From positions 1,320 to 65,319 of the forward strand of contig JBPOHC010000034.1 in assembly GCA_052035985.1 (NCBI GenBank): a stretch of 64,000 bases of DNA, given 5' to 3'. The notes beneath the pieces were generated by a model, which was not told where the DNA came from, did not search any database, and worked only from the letters and a program-made list of their open reading frames with translations. Below are positions 29,633 to 38,447 of this stretch, piece after piece. How positions within the stretch are numbered: the stretch's first letter is position 1; each line of letters begins with the position of its first letter. This DNA is from Myxococcota bacterium. GTDB taxonomy: Bacteria; Myxococcota_A; Polyangia; Polyangiales; Ga0077539. Both the position numbers and the translations under genes were made by a program.

Positions 29633-32491
29633 GTGAGCTTCGATCGACCGTGGGCGCTCCTGGCGCTCGTCCCTGCGCTCGCGGTCTTCGCGCTCGGGCT
29701 ACGGGCGCTCACGCGCTCGCGGACGGCGCCGCGGGGGCTCCGGCTGCGCCTCGTGCTCGCGCTGGAGCTCGCGCTCCTCGCGGTGTTCGCGGTGATCGCC
29801 GCGGGGCCTCGCGCGGTGCGGGTTTCGAAGCGCCTCGCGGTGGTGATCCTCGTCGACCGCAGCCGCTCGACCGATCACGTCGTCGACCTCGACCGGCGGC
29901 TCCGCGCGCTCCTCGATGAGGCGCCTCGGGGGATGGGCCGCGACGACGTGCTCGGCGTGGTCTCCTTCGCGCTCGAAGCCGACACCGCGACGGTCCCATC
30001 GCCCGCGTCACGGAGCGCCTCGCTCGCGATCCCGCGGGCTCCCTCTGCGCGCGACGAGACCGACCTCGCGGCGGCGATCATTCACGGCCTCGGCGACCTC
30101 CCCTCCGACGCGAGCGGGCGCCTCGTGCTCATCTCCGACGGCGACGAGACCCGCGGTGACGCGCGCTCCGCGGCCCTCCTCGCGAGCGCTGCGAGCGTGC
30201 CCATCGACGTGATCGCCCTCGCTCGACCGACGCGCGCCGACGTGGCCGCCGTGCGACTCCGCGCGCCCGATCGCGTCGAGGTGGGAGCCCCCGTCGACCT
30301 CGCGCTCGTCACCCGCTCGACGCGCGCCTCGCACGGACGCGTGGAGCTCATTCGCGACGGTGTTCGCGTCGGAACCGCGGAGACGCAGTGGGGCGCGGGC
30401 GAAGACGTCATCCACCTCCGCGACGAGGCGCTCACGCCGGGGCTCCACCGCTACGAGGCGCGGATCGTCCCCGCGGTGCCGGGCGACGACGCGGTGATCG
30501 GCAACGAGTCGTCGGCGGGCTTCGTACGCGTCGCGGGCGGCGCGCGCGCCGTGGTGATCTCGGGCGCGAGGGAGCGCGGCGGCGGCGAGGCCGTGACGGG
30601 CGCGCTTCGAAGCGCGGGGCTCGAGGTCGACCTCGTCGGCCCGTCGTCTGCGCCCGCGACCTCGGGCGAGTGGGGACGCTACGACCTCATCGTGCTCGAC
30701 GACGTGCGCGCGAGAGACCTCGACCCCGCGTCGCTCCCCGTGATCCGCGAGCAGGTGAGGGAGCTCGGCGCGGGCCTCCTCATGGTGGGCGGCGAGCGCT
30801 CGTTCGGCCCCGGAGGCTACGGACAGAGCCCTGTCGAAGACGTGCTCCCCGTGACCCTCGACCTTCGTCAGCACCGCATGCGAGGCAGCGTCGCGCTCGC
30901 CATCATGATCGACCGCTCGGGCTCGATGAGCGCGCCCACGCGCGACGGACGCACCAAGATCGAGCTCGCGAACGAGGGCGCCGCGCGGTCCGCGGCCATG
31001 CTCGACGCGGCCGACCTCATCGCCATCGGCCACGTCGACACGCAGACCGATTGGACCTGGCGCATGCACGCCGCCGACGACGCGAACGCCATCGCGCGCG
31101 CCGCTCGCTCGGGCACCGCGGGCGGAGGCGGCATCGCCACGGAGGTCGCCCTCCGCGACGCGTACGAGGCGCTCGGCGCGACGCGCGCGACGATCCGACA
31201 CGTGATCCTCCTGGCCGACGGCGACGACGCGGAGGAGAGCGCGGAGTGCCCTCCGCTCAGCGAGCGCGCGCTGCGGGAGCACATCACCACGAGCGTCGTC
31301 GCCATCGGGCGTGGCCACGACGAGGCCAACCTCGAGCGCGTCGCGCGCCTCGGCGGAGGGCGCTACTACCTCACCGAAGACGCGCGCACACTCCCTGCGA
31401 TCTTCACCGAGGAGACCGTCGTCGCGGCGCGCAACCCGATCCGAGAGGAGCCCTTCAGACCCCATTTTCTACGGGGTGTCGAGGCGCTCCGAGGAGTCGA
31501 TCCCGCGACGATGCCTTCCGTCGACGGGTACGTGCTCACGGAGCAGAGACCGCGCGCCGAGGTGCTCGCGCGCGCGCTCGACGACGACCCGTGGCTCGCG
31601 CGCTGGCAGATCGGCGTCGGGCGCAGCGCGGTCATCACCAGCGACCTCGACGGGCGATGGACGCGCGCGCTCCTCGCGTGGCCCGGCGCGAGCGCGATGA
31701 TCGGTCAGGTGGGCGCGTGGCTCGCGCGCGGCGTCCGCGACGGTGGCGTGCGCGCGGTCGCGGTGGCCTCGCGAGGACGGCTGCGCGTCGAGGTCGACGC
31801 GACGACCGACACGGGCCGATGGGACTCGGCGCTCGACCTCGAAGCGCGCGTGGTCACACCATCTGGCGCGACGACGCGCGTTCCGCTCGAAGCGAGGGCG
31901 CCGGGGCGCTACGAGGCCGACCTCGAAGCGACGCGCTCGGGGTCATACCTTGTCACGGTGGTCTCTCCCTCGGCGGGCGTGGTCGGCGTGACCGGCGCGG
32001 AGGTCACGGCGTCGTCAGAAATCACTGCGTTACCCGGTGATCCAGCGCGCCTCGCGGAGCTCGCCGATCGCACCGGAGGGCGCGTTCGAACGCACCTCCG
32101 CGACGTGTTCGCGGGTCCGCGCCCCGAGCATCGCTCGTCGCGTCCGATCACGACGCCGCTGCTCCAGGTCGCCCTCGCGCTCTTGATCCTCGAAGTGATC
32201 GCGAGGAGAGTTCCCGCGCCCGACGTCGCGGTGCTTCGCGCGTGGTGGGCGAAGCGCAGGGCCGCGCACGCGCCCGTCGAGACCGCGCCCGAGCCTCCCG
32301 ACGAGGCCCTCGCGATGTTGAGAGCGAAGCGCGCGGCGTCACGGCCAGCGCTTCCGGTCGCGCCCATGATCGCAACGCCCGTCGCACCGTCACCGCCCGT
32401 GACGACGAGCGCAGCGGAGAAGAAGCCCGAGGCTCCGTCGAGCGACCTCGACGCGCTCGTGGCGCAGAAGCGCGCGCGGACGAAGCGTTGA
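29633..32491 (+). CDS. BatA-N-terminal / vWA-domain membrane protein (Bat-like aerotolerance-type)
   Basis: GTG 29633 gives (M)SFDRPWALLALVPALAVFALGL, a BatA N-terminal type sequence. It has a central vWA with MIDAS LAIMIDRSGSMS, a C-terminal TM span (LLQVALALLILEVIA) and a Pro/Ala-rich tail. The start is uncertain, since the ORF is open from 29579. Confidence 0.7.
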   Translation: MSFDRPWALLALVPALAVFALGLRALTRSRTAPRGLRLRLVLALELALLAVFAVIAAGPRAVRVSKRLAVVILVDRSRSTDHVVDLDRRLRALLDEAPRGMGRDDVLGVVSFALEADTATVPSPASRSASLAIPRAPSARDETDLAAAIIHGLGDLPSDASGRLVLISDGDETRGDARSAALLASAASVPIDVIALARPTRADVAAVRLRAPDRVEVGAPVDLALVTRSTRASHGRVELIRDGVRVGTAETQWGAGEDVIHLRDEALTPGLHRYEARIVPAVPGDDAVIGNESSAGFVRVAGGARAVVISGARERGGGEAVTGALRSAGLEVDLVGPSSAPATSGEWGRYDLIVLDDVRARDLDPASLPVIREQVRELGAGLLMVGGERSFGPGGYGQSPVEDVLPVTLDLRQHRMRGSVALAIMIDRSGSMSAPTRDGRTKIELANEGAARSAAMLDAADLIAIGHVDTQTDWTWRMHAADDANAIARAARSGTAGGGGIATEVALRDAYEALGATRATIRHVILLADGDDAEESAECPPLSERALREHITTSVVAIGRGHDEANLERVARLGGGRYYLTEDARTLPAIFTEETVVAARNPIREEPFRPHFLRGVEALRGVDPATMPSVDGYVLTEQRPRAEVLARALDDDPWLARWQIGVGRSAVITSDLDGRWTRALLAWPGASAMIGQVGAWLARGVRDGGVRAVAVASRGRLRVEVDATTDTGRWDSALDLEARVVTPSGATTRVPLEARAPGRYEADLEATRSGSYLVTVVSPSAGVVGVTGAEVTASSEITALPGDPARLAELADRTGGRVRTHLRDVFAGPRPEHRSSRPITTPLLQVALALLILEVIARRVPAPDVAVLRAWWAKRRAAHAPVETAPEPPDEALAMLRAKRAASRPALPVAPMIATPVAPSPPVTTSAAEKKPEAPSSDLDALVAQKRARTKR

Positions 32492-33460
32492 CTACGTGAG
32501 CGAGATGGGGACGGGCCTCTTCGCGGCCTCTCCCTCGACCTCGCGAACGAGCTTCGGGACGAGGTATCCGGGGAGCCTCGCGACGAGCGCCCGCACGAGC
32601 GTCACGGCCTCGGCCTCGGGGACTTCGAAGTGCCCCGCGCCCCGCACGCGATCGAGCAGGTGGAGGTAGTACGGCATCACGCCGAGCGCGCCGAGCCGCT
32701 CGCTCAGGGCCGCGAGGGTCTCCTCATCGTCGTTCACGCCGCGCAGGAGCACCGACTGACTGAGCAGCACGGCGCCCGTCGCGCGCAACCTCCGCACGGC
32801 CCCGGCCGCTTCGCCATCGAGCTCCCGCGCGTGATTCACATGGAGCACCACCACCACGGGCGCGAAGCGCGTCGTCGAGAGCAGTTGTGTGAGTTCGTCA
32901 TCGACGCGCGATGGTGACGTCGTCGGAAAGCGCGTGTGGATGCGCAGCCTCACGAGCGAGGGCACCCCTTCGAGCTCGCGGATCGCCTTCTCGAGCGCCG
33001 CGTTCGAGAGCGAGAGAGGGTCTCCGCCGCTCAGGATCACCTCGGTCACCGAGGGGTCTTCGCGGAGCGCGGCGATCACCTCGGGCCAGCGCTTCGAGGC
33101 GCTCCCGTCGGCGTAGGGGTACTCGCGTCGAAAGCAGTAACGGCAGTGCACGGGACACGCCGCCGAGGCCACCACCAGCGCGCGCCCGCGGTACTTCTGG
33201 AGCAGCCCCGGGGTCTTCTGCGCGTGCGTGTCGCCCACGGGGTCGCGCACGAAGCCCTCGCGCTCCACGAGCTCGTCCGCCGAGGGGAGGAACTGCCTCA
33301 CCAGCGGGTCTGACTCGCCACGCCCTTCGAGCGCGCGCGCCATGTGATCCGAGATTTTCAACGCGAAGCGCTCCGAGGCAGCCGTGACATTCTCCGTCAA
33401 CGTCTCGGGGAGGCGCCATCGTCGGACGAGGGTCGCGGGGTCGGTGAGCGAGCGCTCCAT
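32492..33460 (-). CDS. epmB: EF-P beta-lysylation radical-SAM aminomutase (KamA family)
   Basis: Radical SAM cluster motif CPVHCRYCFRRE, and the KamA-family layout (..ILSGGDPL.., ..RIHTRFP..). Confidence 0.8.
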   Translation of the reverse strand: MERSLTDPATLVRRWRLPETLTENVTAASERFALKISDHMARALEGRGESDPLVRQFLPSADELVEREGFVRDPVGDTHAQKTPGLLQKYRGRALVVASAACPVHCRYCFRREYPYADGSASKRWPEVIAALREDPSVTEVILSGGDPLSLSNAALEKAIRELEGVPSLVRLRIHTRFPTTSPSRVDDELTQLLSTTRFAPVVVVLHVNHARELDGEAAGAVRRLRATGAVLLSQSVLLRGVNDDEETLAALSERLGALGVMPYYLHLLDRVRGAGHFEVPEAEAVTLVRALVARLPGYLVPKLVREVEGEAAKRPVPISLT

Positions 33461-33635
33461 CGCGGGGAGCGCGTGCGTACCTCTGATCGCGCCCGGCGCG
33501 CAACAGCGCAGACCGCGTCGACCTTTGCGAACTCGTAGACCGTACCGCCGAGCTCGTCCGTCGGAGTTGACCTCGATCGCGCGCCCCCCGGCGGCGCCGC
33601 GCGACCGACCAACCGAAGTCCCAACGGAGGATCCG

Positions 33636-35264
33636 ATGCATCGTCATGGGTTGCCCGCAGCGGCGACGTCTGCCCTCTTCTGCCTGGCCTTCGCGACCTG
33701 CACGCACTCGACGAGAACCGTCACCGTGCAGGTCCAGGGCGCTCCCACCATCGCCGTCGCGAACGCGGTGGCGCAGCCCGAAGTGCCCCTCGTCGCGGTC
33801 GTGCAGCCCGAGGCTCCGACGAGGCCGCAGCGCGAGCCCGAGGCGCAGCCCGCGACGCGCGTCGAGGTCGTCGCGCTCACCGAAGAGACCCTCAACGCTC
33901 GCACCAACCACCGCGACGGGAGCGCCGAGCGGATCGGTGTTCCGCAGCGCCCCGAGGCCTTTCGCACGCCCGACGGAAAGCGCGGATGGATGATCAACCT
34001 CGGCAACGGCCGCCCCCTCGCGACGCCCGCCGTCGTGGACGGTGTGGTGTACGTGGGCGGAGGCTTCGGCAGCCACGAGTTCTACGCGTTTGATGCGACG
34101 AGCGGCGCGACGCGATGGGCGCTGCGCGTGAGCGACGACGGCCCCACCGCAGCCGTGGTTCGAGACGGCGTGGTGGCCTTCAACACCGAGAGCTGCACGC
34201 TCTTCGTCGTCGACGCCGAGACGGGGCGTCCGCTCTGGAGCCGCTGGCTCGGCGACCCCCTCATGAGCCAGCCCGCGATCGGAGACGGGAGGGTCTACAT
34301 GGCCTTTCCCGGCGGCGGCGGTCACCGCCTCGTGGCCTTCGAACTCCGCTCGGGGAGGGAGATCTGGAGGGTGCCCCTCGAGGGCGACATCATCTCGGCC
34401 CCGGTGCTCCACGGAGACTCGGTGTATTCGAGCACCTTCAACGGCACGGTGTACCGCCACCGCGCGTCGGACGGCGGCCTCGCGTGGCGCGAGGAGTACC
34501 GCGCCACGAGCGCCCCGTGGCTCTACGGCAACGAGGTGTATGTGAGCCACCGCGAAGACCCCGTCGCGCCGCGCCCGAGAGGGTTCATGGCGCAGGCGTT
34601 CCTCACGTGGGCCGCGCTCGCGCAGGTCGAGGCCGTGGGCAGGCTCTCGGGCTCGCACAACCCCGGTGACTCTTCAGCGCCGAGGAGCTACCGCTCGCGC
34701 TACGCGCCGTGGCTCAACAGCAACGTGCAGCGCGGGAGTTCCTACAGCGGCGAGCAGCACTCGAGCGACTCGCAGGTGGGCTTCTCGACGGCCCCCGCCA
34801 CGGCGCGCACCGCCGAGGCCGAGGCCAACGTGGGTCAGGGTACCGTGCGCGGACTCTGGGAGTTCCAGGGCTCGCGGCCGTGCGTGATCGACGGGAGGCT
34901 CTTTCTCACGCAGGGCGATCAGCTCGTCGCGATGGACCCGGCCTCCGGTCGCGAGCTCTGGTCGCGTCCCCTGAGCGGTGTTCTCGCCGAGCACGGCGGT
35001 CACCTCGCGTCGCCCCCTTCGGCCGCGGGTGGAAGGCTCTTTCTGGGCACCGTCACGGGTGACGTCGTGGTGGTCAGTCAGGAGGACGGGCGCGTCGTCG
35101 ACTCGATCCGCGTGGGTCACCCCATGCGCTTTCAGCCCGCCGTCGTCGACGGGAGGCTCTACCTCGGCACCTCCGACGGGAGGCTCATCATGCTGGAGCT
35201 CGGTGACCCGACCGCCGACGGCTGGTCGATGTGGGGCGGAGGACCTTCACACAACGGGGCTTGA
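33636..35264 (+). CDS. PQQ-like (BamB-type) beta-propeller lipoprotein
   Basis: ATG 33636 gives MHRHGLPAAATSALFCLAFATC (lipobox). It has at least 7 repeats of the type V.DG.VY.G...G.l.A.D..tG...W (for example DGVVYVGGGFGSHEFYAFDATSGATRW and DGRLFLTQGDQLVAMDPASGRELW). Confidence 0.75.
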   Translation: MHRHGLPAAATSALFCLAFATCTHSTRTVTVQVQGAPTIAVANAVAQPEVPLVAVVQPEAPTRPQREPEAQPATRVEVVALTEETLNARTNHRDGSAERIGVPQRPEAFRTPDGKRGWMINLGNGRPLATPAVVDGVVYVGGGFGSHEFYAFDATSGATRWALRVSDDGPTAAVVRDGVVAFNTESCTLFVVDAETGRPLWSRWLGDPLMSQPAIGDGRVYMAFPGGGGHRLVAFELRSGREIWRVPLEGDIISAPVLHGDSVYSSTFNGTVYRHRASDGGLAWREEYRATSAPWLYGNEVYVSHREDPVAPRPRGFMAQAFLTWAALAQVEAVGRLSGSHNPGDSSAPRSYRSRYAPWLNSNVQRGSSYSGEQHSSDSQVGFSTAPATARTAEAEANVGQGTVRGLWEFQGSRPCVIDGRLFLTQGDQLVAMDPASGRELWSRPLSGVLAEHGGHLASPPSAAGGRLFLGTVTGDVVVVSQEDGRVVDSIRVGHPMRFQPAVVDGRLYLGTSDGRLIMLELGDPTADGWSMWGGGPSHNGA

Positions 35265-35273
35265 GCCCGCCGC

Positions 35274-35648
35274 TCAGCTCTTGCGAACCTGGAGCACCTC
35301 GGTCACGCAGAGCGAGAGCTCGTCGACCGAGAAGGGCTTCGTCAGCGTCGGGCGAAAGAGCCGCTGGGTGTACACCGACGCGACACCCGACATCAGCACC
35401 GCGGGCATCGAGGGCCAGCGCGAGCGCACCCGGGCGACGAGCTCGACCCCGCTCATCCCAGGCATCACCTGGTCGGTGAGCACCAGGTCGATGTGCGAGG
35501 TGCCTTCGAGCAACGCCAGGGCGTCGTCGGCGGAGTGCGCGCGGAGGGCGCAGTAGCCCATGCGCCGGAGCAGCTTCGCGACGATGCGGCACACCGCGGG
35601 GTCGTCGTCGACGACGAGGACCGTGGGGACGATGCTCGTCCTCCGCAC
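35274..35648 (-). CDS. Stand-alone response-regulator receiver (CheY-like)
   Basis: GTG 35648. It has VLVVDDD, the phospho-acceptor DLVLTDQVMPGMSG, and LTKPF. The remainder of track ORF 35274..36683 is antisense to the kinase gene. Confidence 0.75.
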   Translation of the reverse strand: MRRTSIVPTVLVVDDDPAVCRIVAKLLRRMGYCALRAHSADDALALLEGTSHIDLVLTDQVMPGMSGVELVARVRSRWPSMPAVLMSGVASVYTQRLFRPTLTKPFSVDELSLCVTEVLQVRKS

Positions 35649-35864
35649 GGGGGGCCGTGTGGTGATCCGGTGCGGTGCGGAGCTCGATCGACACTCGCTG
35701 TTCACGTCAAAGCACAACGGCGGTTCGCGGAACGACTTGAGCCGCGACACACGAGGCCTCCCGCCTCGGCTCCCGGGCGCGTCCCCGAGGCCCCGACCCG
35801 CGGATCGCAGGAATTCGTCGCGCACCCATTTCTTCAGCGGGGTTACGATCGCCCCGGGCGACGC

Positions 35865-37082
35865 ATGGCCGCAGAACAAGAGACGCTCCCGCCGGGCACT
35901 CGCGTGGCGGGGTACGAGATCCACCGGCTCCTCGGCAGGGGCGGCTTCGGGGCCGTGTATGAAGCTTCGAGGCCCGACGGCAGCGCGCGCGTCGCGCTGA
36001 AGGTTCTGCACGCGTCGATGGCGGGTCACGAGGAGGTCGTCGCGCGCTTCGTCCGTGAAGCGAAGGCCGTCGCGAGGCTCAAGCACCCGAACATCGTGGG
36101 GGCCATCGAGGTCGGCGACGACGAGGGGCGCCCCTACCTCGCGATGGAGCTCCTGGAGGGTGAGGCCCTCGGAGAGCTCCTCGCGCGCGAGACGAAGCTC
36201 CCGCTCAAGCGCGCGCTGGAGGTGATCGTCCCGATCATGGCCGCGATGCGCGCGGTCCACGCCCGGGGGATCGTTCATCGCGACCTCAAGCCCGACAACA
36301 TCTTCCTCGCGAGGGACGCCGCGGGCGTGACGCGGCCGAAGATCCTCGATTTCGGCTTCGCGAAGATGGCCGAGCCGGGCATGCAGCTCACGGGGCAAGA
36401 CACCGCCATCGGGACCCCGAACTTCATGTCCCCCGAGCAGCTCCTCTCGCCGCGCGGGGTCGACCCGAAGAGCGACCAGTGGGCCCTCGGCGTGCTGCTC
36501 TACTTCATGCTCACGGGGGTCAAGCCCTTCGCCGCCTCGACGCTCGCCGACACGCTCAAGAACGTGCTCCGCCGCGATCCGACGCCCCTCGCCGAGCTCG
36601 TGCCCGAGATCCCGCCCGATTTCACGCGGGCCCTCGACCGGGCGCTCCGAAAGCAGCCCGACGAGCGCTTCCCCTCGGTGCACGATTTCGCAGAGGCGGT
36701 CCTCCCGTGGGCGTCGAGCGAGGTCTCGCTGGCCTTCGTCACCGACCCCTACCTCGACGTCGAGCCGCTGCCCGAAGAGCTCTCCTCGATCCCGCCCGAG
36801 ATGCCCTCTCGCCTCTCGCGACCCTCACGCCCCTCGACGCTCCCGTCGTTGCCGCCGCACCTCGCGGCCATGACCCGCGCGTCGCGCCCGTCGACCCTCC
36901 CCCCCAGGGCCCCGGCGCGAAGGATGGAGCCGCGCCCCGCGAAGGTCGTCCCTCCCCGCGACGCGATGCCCGAGCTGGTCTCGGTGGTCCCTCCGCCGCC
37001 GAAGCGCGCGCGGGTCATCGCGATCGCCGCGATCGTCACGGCCACGATCGCCACGCTCGTGCTCAAGCTCCTCGCAGGCTGA
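35865..37082 (+). CDS. Ser/Thr protein kinase, C-terminally membrane-anchored
   Basis: ATG 35865 (MAAEQETLPPGTRVAGYEIHRLLGRGGFGAVYEA). It has VALKVL, HRDLKPDNIF, DFGFAK and GTPNFMSPE, followed by a Pro/Ser-rich linker and a C-terminal TM span (VIAIAAIVTATIATLVLKLL). Confidence 0.9.
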   Translation: MAAEQETLPPGTRVAGYEIHRLLGRGGFGAVYEASRPDGSARVALKVLHASMAGHEEVVARFVREAKAVARLKHPNIVGAIEVGDDEGRPYLAMELLEGEALGELLARETKLPLKRALEVIVPIMAAMRAVHARGIVHRDLKPDNIFLARDAAGVTRPKILDFGFAKMAEPGMQLTGQDTAIGTPNFMSPEQLLSPRGVDPKSDQWALGVLLYFMLTGVKPFAASTLADTLKNVLRRDPTPLAELVPEIPPDFTRALDRALRKQPDERFPSVHDFAEAVLPWASSEVSLAFVTDPYLDVEPLPEELSSIPPEMPSRLSRPSRPSTLPSLPPHLAAMTRASRPSTLPPRAPARRMEPRPAKVVPPRDAMPELVSVVPPPPKRARVIAIAAIVTATIATLVLKLLAG

Positions 37083-37090
37083 ACCGCCGC

Positions 37091-38374
37091 TCAGAACCCG
37101 TAGCCCACGTCGATCGCCGCGACGGGAGCGGGGCTCCCCGTCGAGGTCCCGGTGTACGTCTCGCATGTCGCGTTGCCGATCGCGGCGCCGCTCTCTCTGC
37201 ACGCGCGCAGCGCAGGGGAATCACCCATCGCGCGGAGGTCCGCGGGGTTGGCGAGCACGCGCGCGCCGAGGAGCGCGCGGATCGCGACGCGCTCTCCGAC
37301 GCGCAGCTCACCCGTGACGCCGAAGAGCACCGAGAGGGCGAGCGCGCCGTCTTCGACCGAGGGCGTCATGCGGCAGGTGTTGTCGCCGCCGTCACACGAG
37401 AGCCTGGCGCGCGCGAGCGAGGCCGAGATGCCCGACGCGAAGCCGAGCGCGAAGCGCGTCCACGTGAGGCGGGCGTGCGCGAGCAGGGCCGCCGAAGGGC
37501 CGTAGAGACCGGGCGCGCCGACGTTCCCTTCGACGCCGAACCAGGGCTGCGGAAAGTACCTCACCGAGAGCGCGACGATGCCGCCCGGCGCGTTGTATCC
37601 GAGCTGCATCGCGAGGGTCAGCGGACGCTCCTGCCAGATCGACGGAGGCGTCGTGGTCGCTCGCGCGGCCCAGTCGATCCAGCGTCCGCCAGGGCCCGGT
37701 CGGGCCACCCAGTGACCGAAGGACTGCGTGCGCCCTGCCCAGTCTCGCGCCCCCGCCGCGGCGATCGCGGGCGTGCGCGTGAGCTCCACGACGACGCGCA
37801 TCGACTCGCCCTCGTAGACGGCGCCCTCGCGCCGCTGACGATCGCCCGCGGCGCCCTCGACCTCGACCGTGTGAGGCCCCGGATCGACGGGGATGTCCAC
37901 GCCGAGCAGCGCGCTCGCCTGCGCGCGACCGTCGAGTCGGAAGGCGCGCACCTCGTCGCCCGTGACCTCGACGCGCAGACGCGCCACGCGGCGTTCGAAC
38001 TCCGCGATGCGCTGCTGCGCGGCCTCGACGCGCAAGGGGTCGGCCCCCGCGGGCGTCTCGCGGACGAACTGGTGATAGAGGTCCATCGCGGCCACGAAGC
38101 GCCCGAGGTTCTCGTTCGCGACGGCGAGGTTGAAGCGGATGATCGGCGCGGGACGGATCGCCAGCGTGCGAGAGAAGCGGTCGCGGGCGTCCTCCCAGCG
38201 CGACGCCTGCGCGGCCTCGACGCCCTCGCGAAAGAGCCTCCGCGCGACCTCCATCGACTCCGGCGTCACCGTCGCCTCGGGCTCCGAGGGACGCGCCGCG
38301 GGCGCCTGCTGCGCGCGCGCCTCGCCCGCGAAGAGCGCCGAGAAAAGCAATGGAGAAACGATCCGTCGTCGCAT
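37091..38374 (-). CDS. Secreted protein: TPR-like N-terminal region + probable outer-membrane beta-barrel
   Basis: Signal peptide MRRRIVSPLLFSALFAGEARA. The C-terminal half has an alternating hydrophobic pattern and ends ..IDVGYGF, with a terminal aromatic residue typical of OMP barrels. Confidence 0.55.
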   Translation of the reverse strand: MRRRIVSPLLFSALFAGEARAQQAPAARPSEPEATVTPESMEVARRLFREGVEAAQASRWEDARDRFSRTLAIRPAPIIRFNLAVANENLGRFVAAMDLYHQFVRETPAGADPLRVEAAQQRIAEFERRVARLRVEVTGDEVRAFRLDGRAQASALLGVDIPVDPGPHTVEVEGAAGDRQRREGAVYEGESMRVVVELTRTPAIAAAGARDWAGRTQSFGHWVARPGPGGRWIDWAARATTTPPSIWQERPLTLAMQLGYNAPGGIVALSVRYFPQPWFGVEGNVGAPGLYGPSAALLAHARLTWTRFALGFASGISASLARARLSCDGGDNTCRMTPSVEDGALALSVLFGVTGELRVGERVAIRALLGARVLANPADLRAMGDSPALRACRESGAAIGNATCETYTGTSTGSPAPVAAIDVGYGF

Positions 38375-38447
38375 GGCAGCAGCGGCGCGAGAGAGTACCT
38401 CACATCGCGCGGAACCTGCTCTACCCTCTCACACTCAGAGCTCAACC

